This document shows positions 17,322 to 24,892 of a stretch of 64,000 nucleotides of DNA, piece by piece. Location: NCBI GenBank assembly GCA_022840695.1, contig JALHDC010000001.1:169281-233280 (forward strand). Reading direction: 5' to 3'. Origin of the DNA: a bacterium (GTDB lineage: Bacteria; Patescibacteriota; Dojkabacteria; SC72). Every line of letters starts with the position of its first letter. Within the stretch, counting starts at the first letter, position 1. A program made the translations under genes and the position numbers. The notes beneath the pieces are model-generated. The model did no database searches. It had not been told where the DNA came from and saw only the letters and a list, made by a program, of their open reading frames with translations.

Positions 17322-17477
17322 TTAATCGTGTGGATCACAGTCTGGATTACAATTACCCAATGGACCACAGTTAGGATTACAATCAAGCTGGGTGGGGATT
17401 AGTGAATCAGGTGATACACAAAGTACCATTGGATCTTCACTTTGATTTGCAATTACAATGCTTTTTAGGGTATCCAT
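17322..17477 (-). CDS. Cys-rich RiPP precursor peptide candidate (51 aa from the ATG at 17477; an alternative GTG at 17513 gives 63 aa)
   Basis: Manual reverse translation gives MDTLKSIVIANQSEDPMVLCVSPDSLIPTQLD-CNPNCGPLGNCNPDCDPHD. An AAGGAG RBS lies 7 nt upstream of the ATG. The gene lies 36 nt downstream of the rSAM stop on the same strand. Confidence 0.55.
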   Translation of the reverse strand: MDTLKSIVIANQSEDPMVLCVSPDSLIPTQLDCNPNCGPLGNCNPDCDPHD

Positions 17478-17513
17478 TTCTTTGCTCCTTTCTTTTTTGT
17501 TTAATTTTGTCAC

Positions 17514-18776
17514 TCACTCATTAAGAAGATTGTATGTCAAACCTTTCTCTGTATATTTCCAAGTGCCTTTACCCCATTCTCCTGTGTATGGATTATATGT
17601 ACATCTTGGATTGGGATATTTAAAAAATGAATCTATCACCTCGTAGGATGTTGCTGCAAGGGGCCTACAATCTGTACATACATATCGGTACTCACAATCT
17701 TGGCAAACTAAGATTTGATCTTTCGTTATAGATCTAATTTTTTCTGTCACAGGATCTGAAATAATATCTTCCAGAGTCTGAGATTTAATATTCCCAAGCA
17801 CTTTCTCTCTTGAAAAGACACATGGAATTACATCTCCAGTATCTATTATAGCCAATCTGTTGGACAAACAAGCATTAGAAACCTTATTTGAGAGGAATTT
17901 CTCTTTTGTTGTAATAAAATTTGGTGCCATAAAGAATCCATACTTCTTCATTGAATTTAATGATGGAGTTAGTAAGGAATCTATGCCTTTGCCAACAGGA
18001 CGAATAGGATCTGGTTTTCTATATTTAACTCCCAAGGATTTTAAGTATTCAACTGTTTCTTCTATGGTTTCTTCATTAATTGACATCAGGACAACTTCGA
18101 CTCTTACATTTATGTCCAAAGATATAAGTTTGTTTATAGCCTTCAATGATCTTTGCAGACTTCCTTGTTCTCCAGTAATTCTGTCATGTATCTTTTCATC
18201 TCTGGAATATATAGAAGTGGCTATCTTTACATTTAAATCTGAGATTTCTCTAATCTGTTTTTCAGATATTATTTGTGTATTTGTAAATATTTCAATGTCT
18301 GAGAAACCAACCTCCTTGGCATACATGACTAAGTCTATAAGATCTTTGTCCTCTTGGTGAAATAAGAAAGGTTCTCCGCCAATAAATTGACACCTTTTAA
18401 TCCCAAGGTTGTATGCTTGAGATATTGCATCTTTCCAGTTTTCAAAAGTTAGGGAATTTACTCTTTTTTGCGATTTTGAGTTCTGACCAATACAGCAATG
18501 TTTACATTTTAAATTACAAGAATTAGTGGCGATTTCGAACCATATAAAGGAAGGTTTATTAACAGTAACCTCTTGAATTTCTTCATGTTTATTCTTCTCT
18601 GAGGTTTGAAATATATTAAGTTTGGCTAATTCTTCTAAGAAAGATTGGTCGTGTTTCTTAAATAGCCTGGTCGCGACTTTATTTAGGGAATAAACTTTTC
18701 CACTATTACCATCGCAAATTGTTGAGTTTTTTGCTCCCTCTACAAAATAAACATTATTTAGTAGATTGTACTTCAT
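17514..18776 (-). CDS. Radical SAM enzyme with a C-terminal SPASM domain (peptide-modifying maturase candidate)
   Basis: CNLKCKHC (CxxxCxxC) at residues ~87-94. GGEPFLF SAM-binding motif. C-terminal Cys cluster C..C(x32)CQDCEYRYVCTDCR..C typical of SPASM auxiliary clusters. An ~85-aa N-terminal region precedes the core (possibly a precursor-recognition RRE domain). Confidence 0.85.
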   Translation of the reverse strand: MKYNLLNNVYFVEGAKNSTICDGNSGKVYSLNKVATRLFKKHDQSFLEELAKLNIFQTSEKNKHEEIQEVTVNKPSFIWFEIATNSCNLKCKHCCIGQNSKSQKRVNSLTFENWKDAISQAYNLGIKRCQFIGGEPFLFHQEDKDLIDLVMYAKEVGFSDIEIFTNTQIISEKQIREISDLNVKIATSIYSRDEKIHDRITGEQGSLQRSLKAINKLISLDINVRVEVVLMSINEETIEETVEYLKSLGVKYRKPDPIRPVGKGIDSLLTPSLNSMKKYGFFMAPNFITTKEKFLSNKVSNACLSNRLAIIDTGDVIPCVFSREKVLGNIKSQTLEDIISDPVTEKIRSITKDQILVCQDCEYRYVCTDCRPLAATSYEVIDSFFKYPNPRCTYNPYTGEWGKGTWKYTEKGLTYNLLNE

Positions 18777-18817
18777 GATCGTCTCCTTCTCTGTGTTTTT
18801 AAAGAACTATAAGAACT

Positions 18818-19747
18818 CTAGATTATAACATTTTCTTTAACAATTCTCTTCCCTTCAATTTGGTATTCTTGCAACTTAAGACATGCTAAAGGATCTCTTG
18901 TTGCAAACAAAAGAATATTCTTATCAATTATTAAATCTCCAGGATCTTTCTCTGAGCTATATTCTATTAGCGCTCCTTTATAAATTTTTATTCTCTTTCC
19001 TAATATACTCTTTCTAACATCTCCTTTTATAACACTCCATGCAATAGGCCAAGGAACAAAAGCCCTAACCATTCTGGCAATATATTCAGGAGTATATTCA
19101 TTCCATAGTATCTCTGCTTTTTCTTTGGATATATCCTTCTGCCAACAGTATGTAGCATCCTCATTCTTTTGTGATTTTGCCTCAATCTTTCCATTAACCC
19201 ATTTAAGCAATGTGGGTATTAGGACTTCAGTACTCTTTTTAACCAATCTTTCTCTTAATGTAATATTAGTATCATCTTCCCTAATTTCCTCTCTAAATAT
19301 TTCTAATACATCTCCCTCATCCAATCCTTCACTCATTAACATAATGGAAATACCAGTTTCCTTCTCTCCTTCCAGAATAGCTTTCTGTATTGGTACAGCA
19401 CCACGATATTTAGGTAGTATAGAGAAATGAATATTAATACATCCATACTTTGGATATTCTAAAAATTCTTTTGGCACTATTTCTCCAAAAGCCTTACATA
19501 CAACTATCTCAGGATCATATTTCTTTAAAACTTTAATATAGTTTTCCGTCTTGCCCTCAGTATGTACAACAGGAATACTATTTTCAATAGCATACTTTTT
19601 CACATCGGAAGGAGTCATCACCTGCTTTCTACCAACCGGCTTATCTGGAGTAGTAATTACACATACTACTTCAAAATTTGGATCATTGTGTAAAACTTTG
19701 AGTGTTTCCAATGATTCCCAAGCTGTCCCCAAAAATACTGTTTTCAT
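18818..19747 (-). CDS. fmt: Methionyl-tRNA formyltransferase
   Basis: 309 aa. N-terminal formyltransferase domain (VFLGTAWESLETL...VITTPDKPVGR) plus the C-terminal Fmt-specific domain. Confidence 0.9.
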   Translation of the reverse strand: MKTVFLGTAWESLETLKVLHNDPNFEVVCVITTPDKPVGRKQVMTPSDVKKYAIENSIPVVHTEGKTENYIKVLKKYDPEIVVCKAFGEIVPKEFLEYPKYGCINIHFSILPKYRGAVPIQKAILEGEKETGISIMLMSEGLDEGDVLEIFREEIREDDTNITLRERLVKKSTEVLIPTLLKWVNGKIEAKSQKNEDATYCWQKDISKEKAEILWNEYTPEYIARMVRAFVPWPIAWSVIKGDVRKSILGKRIKIYKGALIEYSSEKDPGDLIIDKNILLFATRDPLACLKLQEYQIEGKRIVKENVII

Positions 19748-19777
19748 CTCTTTATTTTATCCTAATTCATCAAGAAT

Positions 19778-19786
19778 TGGTATAAT
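19778..19786 (+). promoter_or_regulatory. Extended -10 promoter (tggtataat) for queA. It gives a very short leader (about 5-8 nt).
   Basis: The TGnTATAAT match ends 11 nt before the queA ATG, in the 50-nt divergent region between fmt and queA. Confidence 0.4.
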
Positions 19787-19797
19787 ACCGAGAATAT

Positions 19798-20838
19798 ATG
19801 AATATATCGGAATTCAAATACAACCTACAAGAGCAATTAATTGCACAATATCCTCCCAAAAAAAGAGGTACTACTAATCTTCTTATTTTGGAAAAGGAGA
19901 GTGGAAATATGGAAGATAAAAAATATTTCAATATTCCAGAATATATAGAGGAAGGGGATATAGTTGTTCTTAATGAAACGAAAGTGATAGATAGCAGGAC
20001 ATATTTTCTAACAACGAACAGAAAAAAGGTAGAAGTACTATTTTTAGAAGAAAGAGGAGAAGATACTTGGTATGTGCTAATAGGAAGAGCTAAATATGTC
20101 AAGAAAAAAGATTTTCTTGTTAATGAAGATTCGGAAAATATCCAAATTGAAATATTAGACAGAGAAGGAAATGGATTTCTAATCAAATTTCTAAAAGGAA
20201 ATAGCGAAGAACTTTTTGAAAAATATGGCCATACCCCGCTTCCTCCTTACATGAAAAGGCCAGATGAACAAAGCGATCATGAAAGATACAATACAGTATT
20301 TTCAAAACTACCTGGGGCAGTGGCAGCACCAACTGCAAGTCTTAACCTCACAGATGAAATATTAAAAGAAATTGAGAAGAAAGGTGCAAAGATAGTGAAA
20401 GTGGAACTAAAGGTGGGATGGGGCACATTTGCACCAATTAGGGAAGAAGATATAGAAGATCATCAAATACATGAGGAATATATCCATATATCGAAAGATA
20501 GCACAGAAAGTATTAATGAGGCAATATTAAATAATGGAAGAGTTTGGGCATTTGGTACAACAGTAGCAAGGACATTAGAAAGTGTTGCATACGAAGATAA
20601 TTCAAGTGGAAAATATCTAGTTAAAGAGTACCAAGGAAAAACATCTCTCTACATATATCCAGGTTATAAATGGAAGATTATTGATTGTTTAGTTACTAAC
20701 TTTCATATGCCTGACTCCTCATTAATACTACTTGTAAGCTCATTTGCAGGGAAGGAAAATATTAAAAATGCATATCTGCATGCAATTGATAATAAATACA
20801 AATTTCTAAGCTATGGTGATAGTATGTTAATAATTTAA
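19798..20838 (+). CDS. queA: S-adenosylmethionine:tRNA ribosyltransferase-isomerase
   Basis: 346 aa. Conserved QueA blocks (LQEQLIAQYP, GAVAAPTASLNLT, GTTVARTLES, NFHMPDSSLILLVSSF). Confidence 0.95.
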   Translation: MNISEFKYNLQEQLIAQYPPKKRGTTNLLILEKESGNMEDKKYFNIPEYIEEGDIVVLNETKVIDSRTYFLTTNRKKVEVLFLEERGEDTWYVLIGRAKYVKKKDFLVNEDSENIQIEILDREGNGFLIKFLKGNSEELFEKYGHTPLPPYMKRPDEQSDHERYNTVFSKLPGAVAAPTASLNLTDEILKEIEKKGAKIVKVELKVGWGTFAPIREEDIEDHQIHEEYIHISKDSTESINEAILNNGRVWAFGTTVARTLESVAYEDNSSGKYLVKEYQGKTSLYIYPGYKWKIIDCLVTNFHMPDSSLILLVSSFAGKENIKNAYLHAIDNKYKFLSYGDSMLII

Positions 20839-20840
20839 TT

Positions 20841-21872
20841 ATGAATGATCTAAATAGATTAAAAAACGAATACTTCTTCATGCCAGATGCAACTAGAGGT
20901 GCTGTTAGATATTTAACTACTAAACAGCTAAAGGAAACAGGTACAGAAGCAATAGTTACAAATACACTACATCTTCTTATACATCCAGGACCTGATATTA
21001 TTCAAAAGCTTGGAGGGATAAAGAAAATGATGGGATGGGATGGAATTGTACTAACAGATTCCGGGGGTTTCCAAGTATTTTCATTAATTCATTCAAAAAA
21101 ATGGCAGGGAAGTATAGATGAAGACGGTGCCAAATTTAAATCTCCCAGAGAAGGAAATACATATGAGTTAACTCCAGAATCATCAATTGATATACAAATG
21201 AAAATCGGGAGTGATGTGTTAGTTACACTTGATGATTGTAGAAAGAGTGATTTAGAAAAAGAAGAAGCCCAGGAATCAGTTGAAAGAACAATTAAATGGG
21301 CAAAGAGGTGTAAAGATCATTTTGAAAAAGAGTATGGTGGGACGAAGAAAACAGGTAAACTTCTAACTTGTGTCGTGCAAGGGGCAAATTATCCAGATCT
21401 AAGAGCTAGATGTGCGAAAGAATTAGTTTCCATAGGTTTCGATGGCTACAATTTTGGGGGTTTTGTAGTAGATAACGATCAGAAATTGGTTATAGACGAA
21501 ATGAGTGCAGTAATTGGAAATATTCCTAAAGATACTATTCGTTATGCAATGGGAGTTGGAAAGCCGGAAGATATTTTGGAAGCTGCTAGGATAGGGTATA
21601 ACCTTTTTGATACTGTATTGGTCACTAGAAATGCTAGACATGGGACATTGTATACATCCCAAGGGATTGTGAAGATTAACAATAGCTCCATGGCATTAGA
21701 TGAAAAACCTGTTGATCAGAATTGCGATTGCGAATGTTGCAGCAACTACTCTCGGGCATACCTTCATCATATGATGAAGAATGGAGAAGCTGTAGCACAG
21801 ACCTTAGCCACGATCCACAACCTCACCTATTACCAAAAGTTGATTAAGGGTCTGACCCCAGTCTGTCCCTAA
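20841..21872 (+). CDS. tgt: Queuine tRNA-ribosyltransferase. The last ~7 codons and the stop are supplied by the REP-like repeat.
   Basis: 343 aa. LTDSGGFQVFSL, zinc site CDCECCSNYSRAYLHH. The C-terminus ...GLTPVCP* is encoded by gggtctgaccccagtctgtccctaa. Confidence 0.95.
   Translation: MNDLNRLKNEYFFMPDATRGAVRYLTTKQLKETGTEAIVTNTLHLLIHPGPDIIQKLGGIKKMMGWDGIVLTDSGGFQVFSLIHSKKWQGSIDEDGAKFKSPREGNTYELTPESSIDIQMKIGSDVLVTLDDCRKSDLEKEEAQESVERTIKWAKRCKDHFEKEYGGTKKTGKLLTCVVQGANYPDLRARCAKELVSIGFDGYNFGGFVVDNDQKLVIDEMSAVIGNIPKDTIRYAMGVGKPEDILEAARIGYNLFDTVLVTRNARHGTLYTSQGIVKINNSSMALDEKPVDQNCDCECCSNYSRAYLHHMMKNGEAVAQTLATIHNLTYYQKLIKGLTPVCP
21848..21869. repeat. REP-like G/C palindromic repeat (left flank of the RAYT gene), inverted relative to 22354-22376
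   Basis: gggtctgaccccagtctgtccc. Its reverse complement is gggacagactggggtcagaccc, close to 22354-22376 (ggggacagaggagggtcagaccc). Confidence 0.6.
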
Positions 21873-21881
21873 TGTTTGTTG

Positions 21882-22313
21882 CTAGACCTTCGTCCATCGA
21901 TAATCCGAAGGCTTTTTGACGATGCCATCACGAACCGGATTCTGTTTGATATAGCTTAACACCCGCATCTGGTTCTTTTTGTATGGCAAGTAATTGGCAC
22001 TGTACCTTCCTTGAAAGATGTGGCCAACTCTATTTCTTTTTCTGTTTATGTTAACAGCATAACTAGTGGTGACTCTTTGCATATAATTTGATAATTTTTT
22101 AGGATCCTTTCCTGTTTTTATCAAGAGATGAAAATGATTATCCATAATACAATAACTTACAAGCTTTATTTCGCAAATATCTTTGTTCTTGTAAAGTTGA
22201 TTGATGAACAAATTCTTGTCATCAGCATATTTAAATACTTCTTCCTTGTTGTTTCCACGATTGTATACATGGTAAAAACTATTCGGTTTGTAATTCCTTG
22301 GAGCTCTGGCCAT
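21882..22313 (-). mobile_element. REP-associated tyrosine transposase (RAYT, TnpA_REP; IS200/IS605-like Y1 HUH transposase), 143 aa
   Basis: FYHVYNRGNNKEEVF, HUH motif MDNHFHLLI, GHIFQGRY, YIKQNPVRDGIV..PSDYRW. These match the RayT/YafM-type consensus and the gene is flanked by inverted REP-like repeats. Confidence 0.8.
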
Positions 22314-22353
22314 AATCTACTATACCAGCCAGTTGTGAAATTAAGATGAACTG

Positions 22354-22376
22354 GGGACAGAGGAGGGTCAGACCCT
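22354..22376. repeat. REP-like G/C palindromic repeat (right flank of the RAYT gene)
   Basis: ggggacagaggagggtcagaccc, the inverted partner of 21848-21869. Confidence 0.6.
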
Positions 22377-22586
22377 AGAAACAAATCTTCAAAAATGATA
22401 TTATTACAAAAGTCCTTAACAAAGACTCTTTTGGTAATTGGAAGTTTTGATAAAAACATTATTTTTGTATATGAAGTTTAAAATCGGAAAATCAGAGATT
22501 TTTTACTATTTAAATAGCCTCGCGGCTATTCTGTATTCCAAAAGTGTTTAGATAGAAGGACAATTTAAATTGTTAGATAAAAAGAC

Positions 22587-24110
22587 ATGGAAACATTGTT
22601 GTTGATTCTTTTGTCGATAATAGTTACTGCAATAGTTGTTGTCGTTGTTCTTAAAGTCTTTTTCCATTGGGTCGATGTGAATAAGATTCCGGAAAAAGAG
22701 ATAGAGCAAGCCGCAATGAAAATGATGAAAGAAAAATTTGAGAAAGCAGAAAGAGAAGTTGCCGAAATGAAAGCTCAGGAGGAAAGAAAATTGAGGGAGA
22801 TGAGAAAAGAAAGTACTGAGCATGAAGAGATATTGATTGAAAGAGAAAGAAAATTGAATAAGAGATCAAAGATCTTAGATGAAAAGAGTGAAGAATTGGA
22901 AAGTAAGGAAAATTATTTGAAAGAAGGTGTCAAAAAATTAGAAGGAGATAGAGGGCAATTAAAAACTCAGTTGGAAAAAATCTCTGGACTTTCCAGAGAT
23001 GAAGCTAGAGAGAAGTTAATGAAAGAAATTGATCAGGATTTGAAGGAGTATGAGGCTAAGAAGATAAGGCAAGCTGAGAAGAACATAGAAGCTGTTGCCG
23101 AAGAGGAAGCACAGAAGATATTGGTAGAGTCTATGCAAAGAGTTGCAACCGATTATGTAGGGGAAACAACCACTAGAGTTATAAAGGTTGAAGATGACAA
23201 GGTTAAAGGAAGAGTAATAGGAAGAGAAGGAAGAAATATTAGATCTTTCGAGCAAATGACTGGAGTTGATGTCATTGTAGATGAATCTCCAGATGCCATA
23301 GCCCTTTCATCCTTCGATCCATTGAGAAGAGAGATAGCCTATGTCGCTATGACAAAATTAATTGCAGATGGGAGAATTCATCCAGGATCTATAGAAGAAT
23401 CTGTCAAAAGGGCAAAGAACGAAATATCCAAGGAGATAAAGAAAAATGGTCAGATACTTGCAGACGAAGCAGGTTGGCCAGATATGGATATAGGTTTAAT
23501 GAAATTAGTTGGAAAAATGAAGTATAGAACAAGCTATGGACAGTCTCTCATGGCACATACTATAGAGGTTATTAGGTTAGCCGAGGTATTGGCTATAGAG
23601 ATTGGGGCAGATGTTCAATTAGCAAAAAGAGCTGCTTTGCTACATGATGTCGGTAAGGTTTTAACTCATAAGGTTGATAGCCCTCATCATCATATATCTG
23701 GACAGGTAGCAAGAAAATACGGTTTAGATGAGAAGTTAGTAAATGCAATTGAGGCACATCACTTGGATATTGATCCTCAGGGAGTGGAAGCTGTTGTAAT
23801 ATATTTGGCGGATGCTATATCAGGTGCAAGGCCAGGAGCAAGAAAAGATAGCTATGAGCAATATGTACAGAGGATTGAGGGTATTGAAAATGCTGCAAAG
23901 GAAATTGGTGGAGATAAAATCGAAGAGGTCTATGCAATTAAAGCAGGAAGAGAAGTAAGGATAATTGTAAAGCCTAAGTTAGTGACTGATGACGATGCCA
24001 AGGTTATGGCGAAGGATATAGCTCAAGAGATTGAGAGTAAGCAGAGCTATCCAGGTAATGTAGAAGTTACTGTTATTAGAGAAACAAGAGCTGTAGAAGT
24101 AGCAAAATAG
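22587..24110 (+). CDS. rny: Ribonuclease Y
   Basis: 507 aa. N-terminal TM helix, long coiled coil, KH domain (GRVIGREGRNIRSFEQMTGVDVIVDE), HD domain (LLHDVGK...HH). Confidence 0.9.
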   Translation: METLLLILLSIIVTAIVVVVVLKVFFHWVDVNKIPEKEIEQAAMKMMKEKFEKAEREVAEMKAQEERKLREMRKESTEHEEILIERERKLNKRSKILDEKSEELESKENYLKEGVKKLEGDRGQLKTQLEKISGLSRDEAREKLMKEIDQDLKEYEAKKIRQAEKNIEAVAEEEAQKILVESMQRVATDYVGETTTRVIKVEDDKVKGRVIGREGRNIRSFEQMTGVDVIVDESPDAIALSSFDPLRREIAYVAMTKLIADGRIHPGSIEESVKRAKNEISKEIKKNGQILADEAGWPDMDIGLMKLVGKMKYRTSYGQSLMAHTIEVIRLAEVLAIEIGADVQLAKRAALLHDVGKVLTHKVDSPHHHISGQVARKYGLDEKLVNAIEAHHLDIDPQGVEAVVIYLADAISGARPGARKDSYEQYVQRIEGIENAAKEIGGDKIEEVYAIKAGREVRIIVKPKLVTDDDAKVMAKDIAQEIESKQSYPGNVEVTVIRETRAVEVAK

Positions 24111-24140
24111 CAATATTTCGCTTGTCTTCTAGTAAACAAT

Positions 24141-24180
24141 GCTATAGGGGAGAATGCTTTAACAAAGGCATTCTCCTTAT
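24141..24180 (+). terminator. Rho-independent terminator after rny
   Basis: Perfect 9-bp stem ggagaatgc/gcattctcc, 10-nt loop, then ttatatttttta. Confidence 0.7.
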
Positions 24181-24489
24181 ATTTTTTACTCAGAATGTAA
24201 CAAAATACTTACTGCTTAAGGAAAATATTAACATATCTACTGAAAAGTGTTGATACATAAGGGTTTTAGATGGGGCCAGACCCTATTACTTTTTAATGAT
24301 TTGTACAAAAATATAATTCATTAAAAAATGCTATTAGATCAAACTTTGTAGCTAATTTGCTATTTACCCTATAATAAATATCAGCCTTGACGAAATGTTG
24401 AATATACAATATTTTAGAAGTGGATATACACAAATTCCTTTATTTACAGTGTTTGTGTATAGTATCTCTAAGAAAGGAGGCATCATGAA

Positions 24490-24759
24490 ATGTTAAAGAA
24501 AGACTTAATTGACAGAATCGCAGCTACAGGTCTCACAAAGAGACAAGCTGGAGATGCTTTAGACGCAATGTTAGAGGCAATCGAAGATTCTTTGAAGAGT
24601 GGAGATCCTGTTTTATTAACAGGTTTTGGTAAATTCGAAGTCAGAACAAGAGCTGCAAGGACTGGAATCAATCCTAAGACTCTTGAGAAGATTCAACTTC
24701 CTGCAACAAAGGTTCCTGCTTTCAAACCAGGTAAATCTTTGAAGGCTGCTGTGAAGTAG
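24490..24759 (+). CDS. hup: DNA-binding protein HU
   Basis: 89 aa. LIDRIA...TKRQAGDALDAMLEAIEDSLKSGDPVLLTGFGKFEVRTRAARTGINPKT matches the HU/IHF fold consensus. GGAGG RBS upstream. Confidence 0.9.
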   Translation: MLKKDLIDRIAATGLTKRQAGDALDAMLEAIEDSLKSGDPVLLTGFGKFEVRTRAARTGINPKTLEKIQLPATKVPAFKPGKSLKAAVK

Positions 24760-24803
24760 TAAATGGCCGGTATTTCTTTGTAAAGAAGAAATGCAACTGA
24801 ATT

Positions 24804-24830
24804 GGACCCTGAGGGGTCCTTTTCTTTTCT
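24804..24830 (+). terminator. Rho-independent terminator after hup
   Basis: ggaccc-tgag-gggtcc hairpin followed by ttttcttttct. Confidence 0.7.
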
Positions 24831-24892
24831 ATTGAATTAACAAATGTTTCTACTTCACAATTCCAATTAAATAGCTTAAACTATATCGAAGT

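Noticed and set aside
17511-17513. GTG at 17513 as the start of the precursor peptide (ORF-track start)
   Set aside because: It has no RBS and is only 1 nt after the rSAM stop. The in-frame ATG at 17477 has a canonical AAGGAG RBS. GTG is kept only as an alternative.
17458-17646. 62-aa plus-strand ORF overlapping the precursor-peptide and rSAM genes
   Set aside because: It lies antisense across the junction of two supported minus-strand genes and has no RBS. It is a shadow ORF.
17860-18360. 166-aa plus-strand ORF inside the radical SAM gene
   Set aside because: It is fully embedded antisense in the rSAM CDS, whose motifs (CxxxCxxC, GGEP, SPASM) validate the minus-strand frame.
22128-22459. 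Short ORFs (73 and 97 aa) around the RAYT gene, considered as a possible TnpB/orfB partner
   Set aside because: They are far too short and lack any RuvC-like or zinc-finger motifs. The RAYT appears to stand alone, as is typical for REP-associated transposases.
22510-22530. Hairpin aaatagcc-tcgc-ggctatt upstream of rny, considered as a terminator or REP
   Set aside because: The stem is only 6-7 bp, it is not followed by a T-tract on either strand, and it is not repeated elsewhere in the window.
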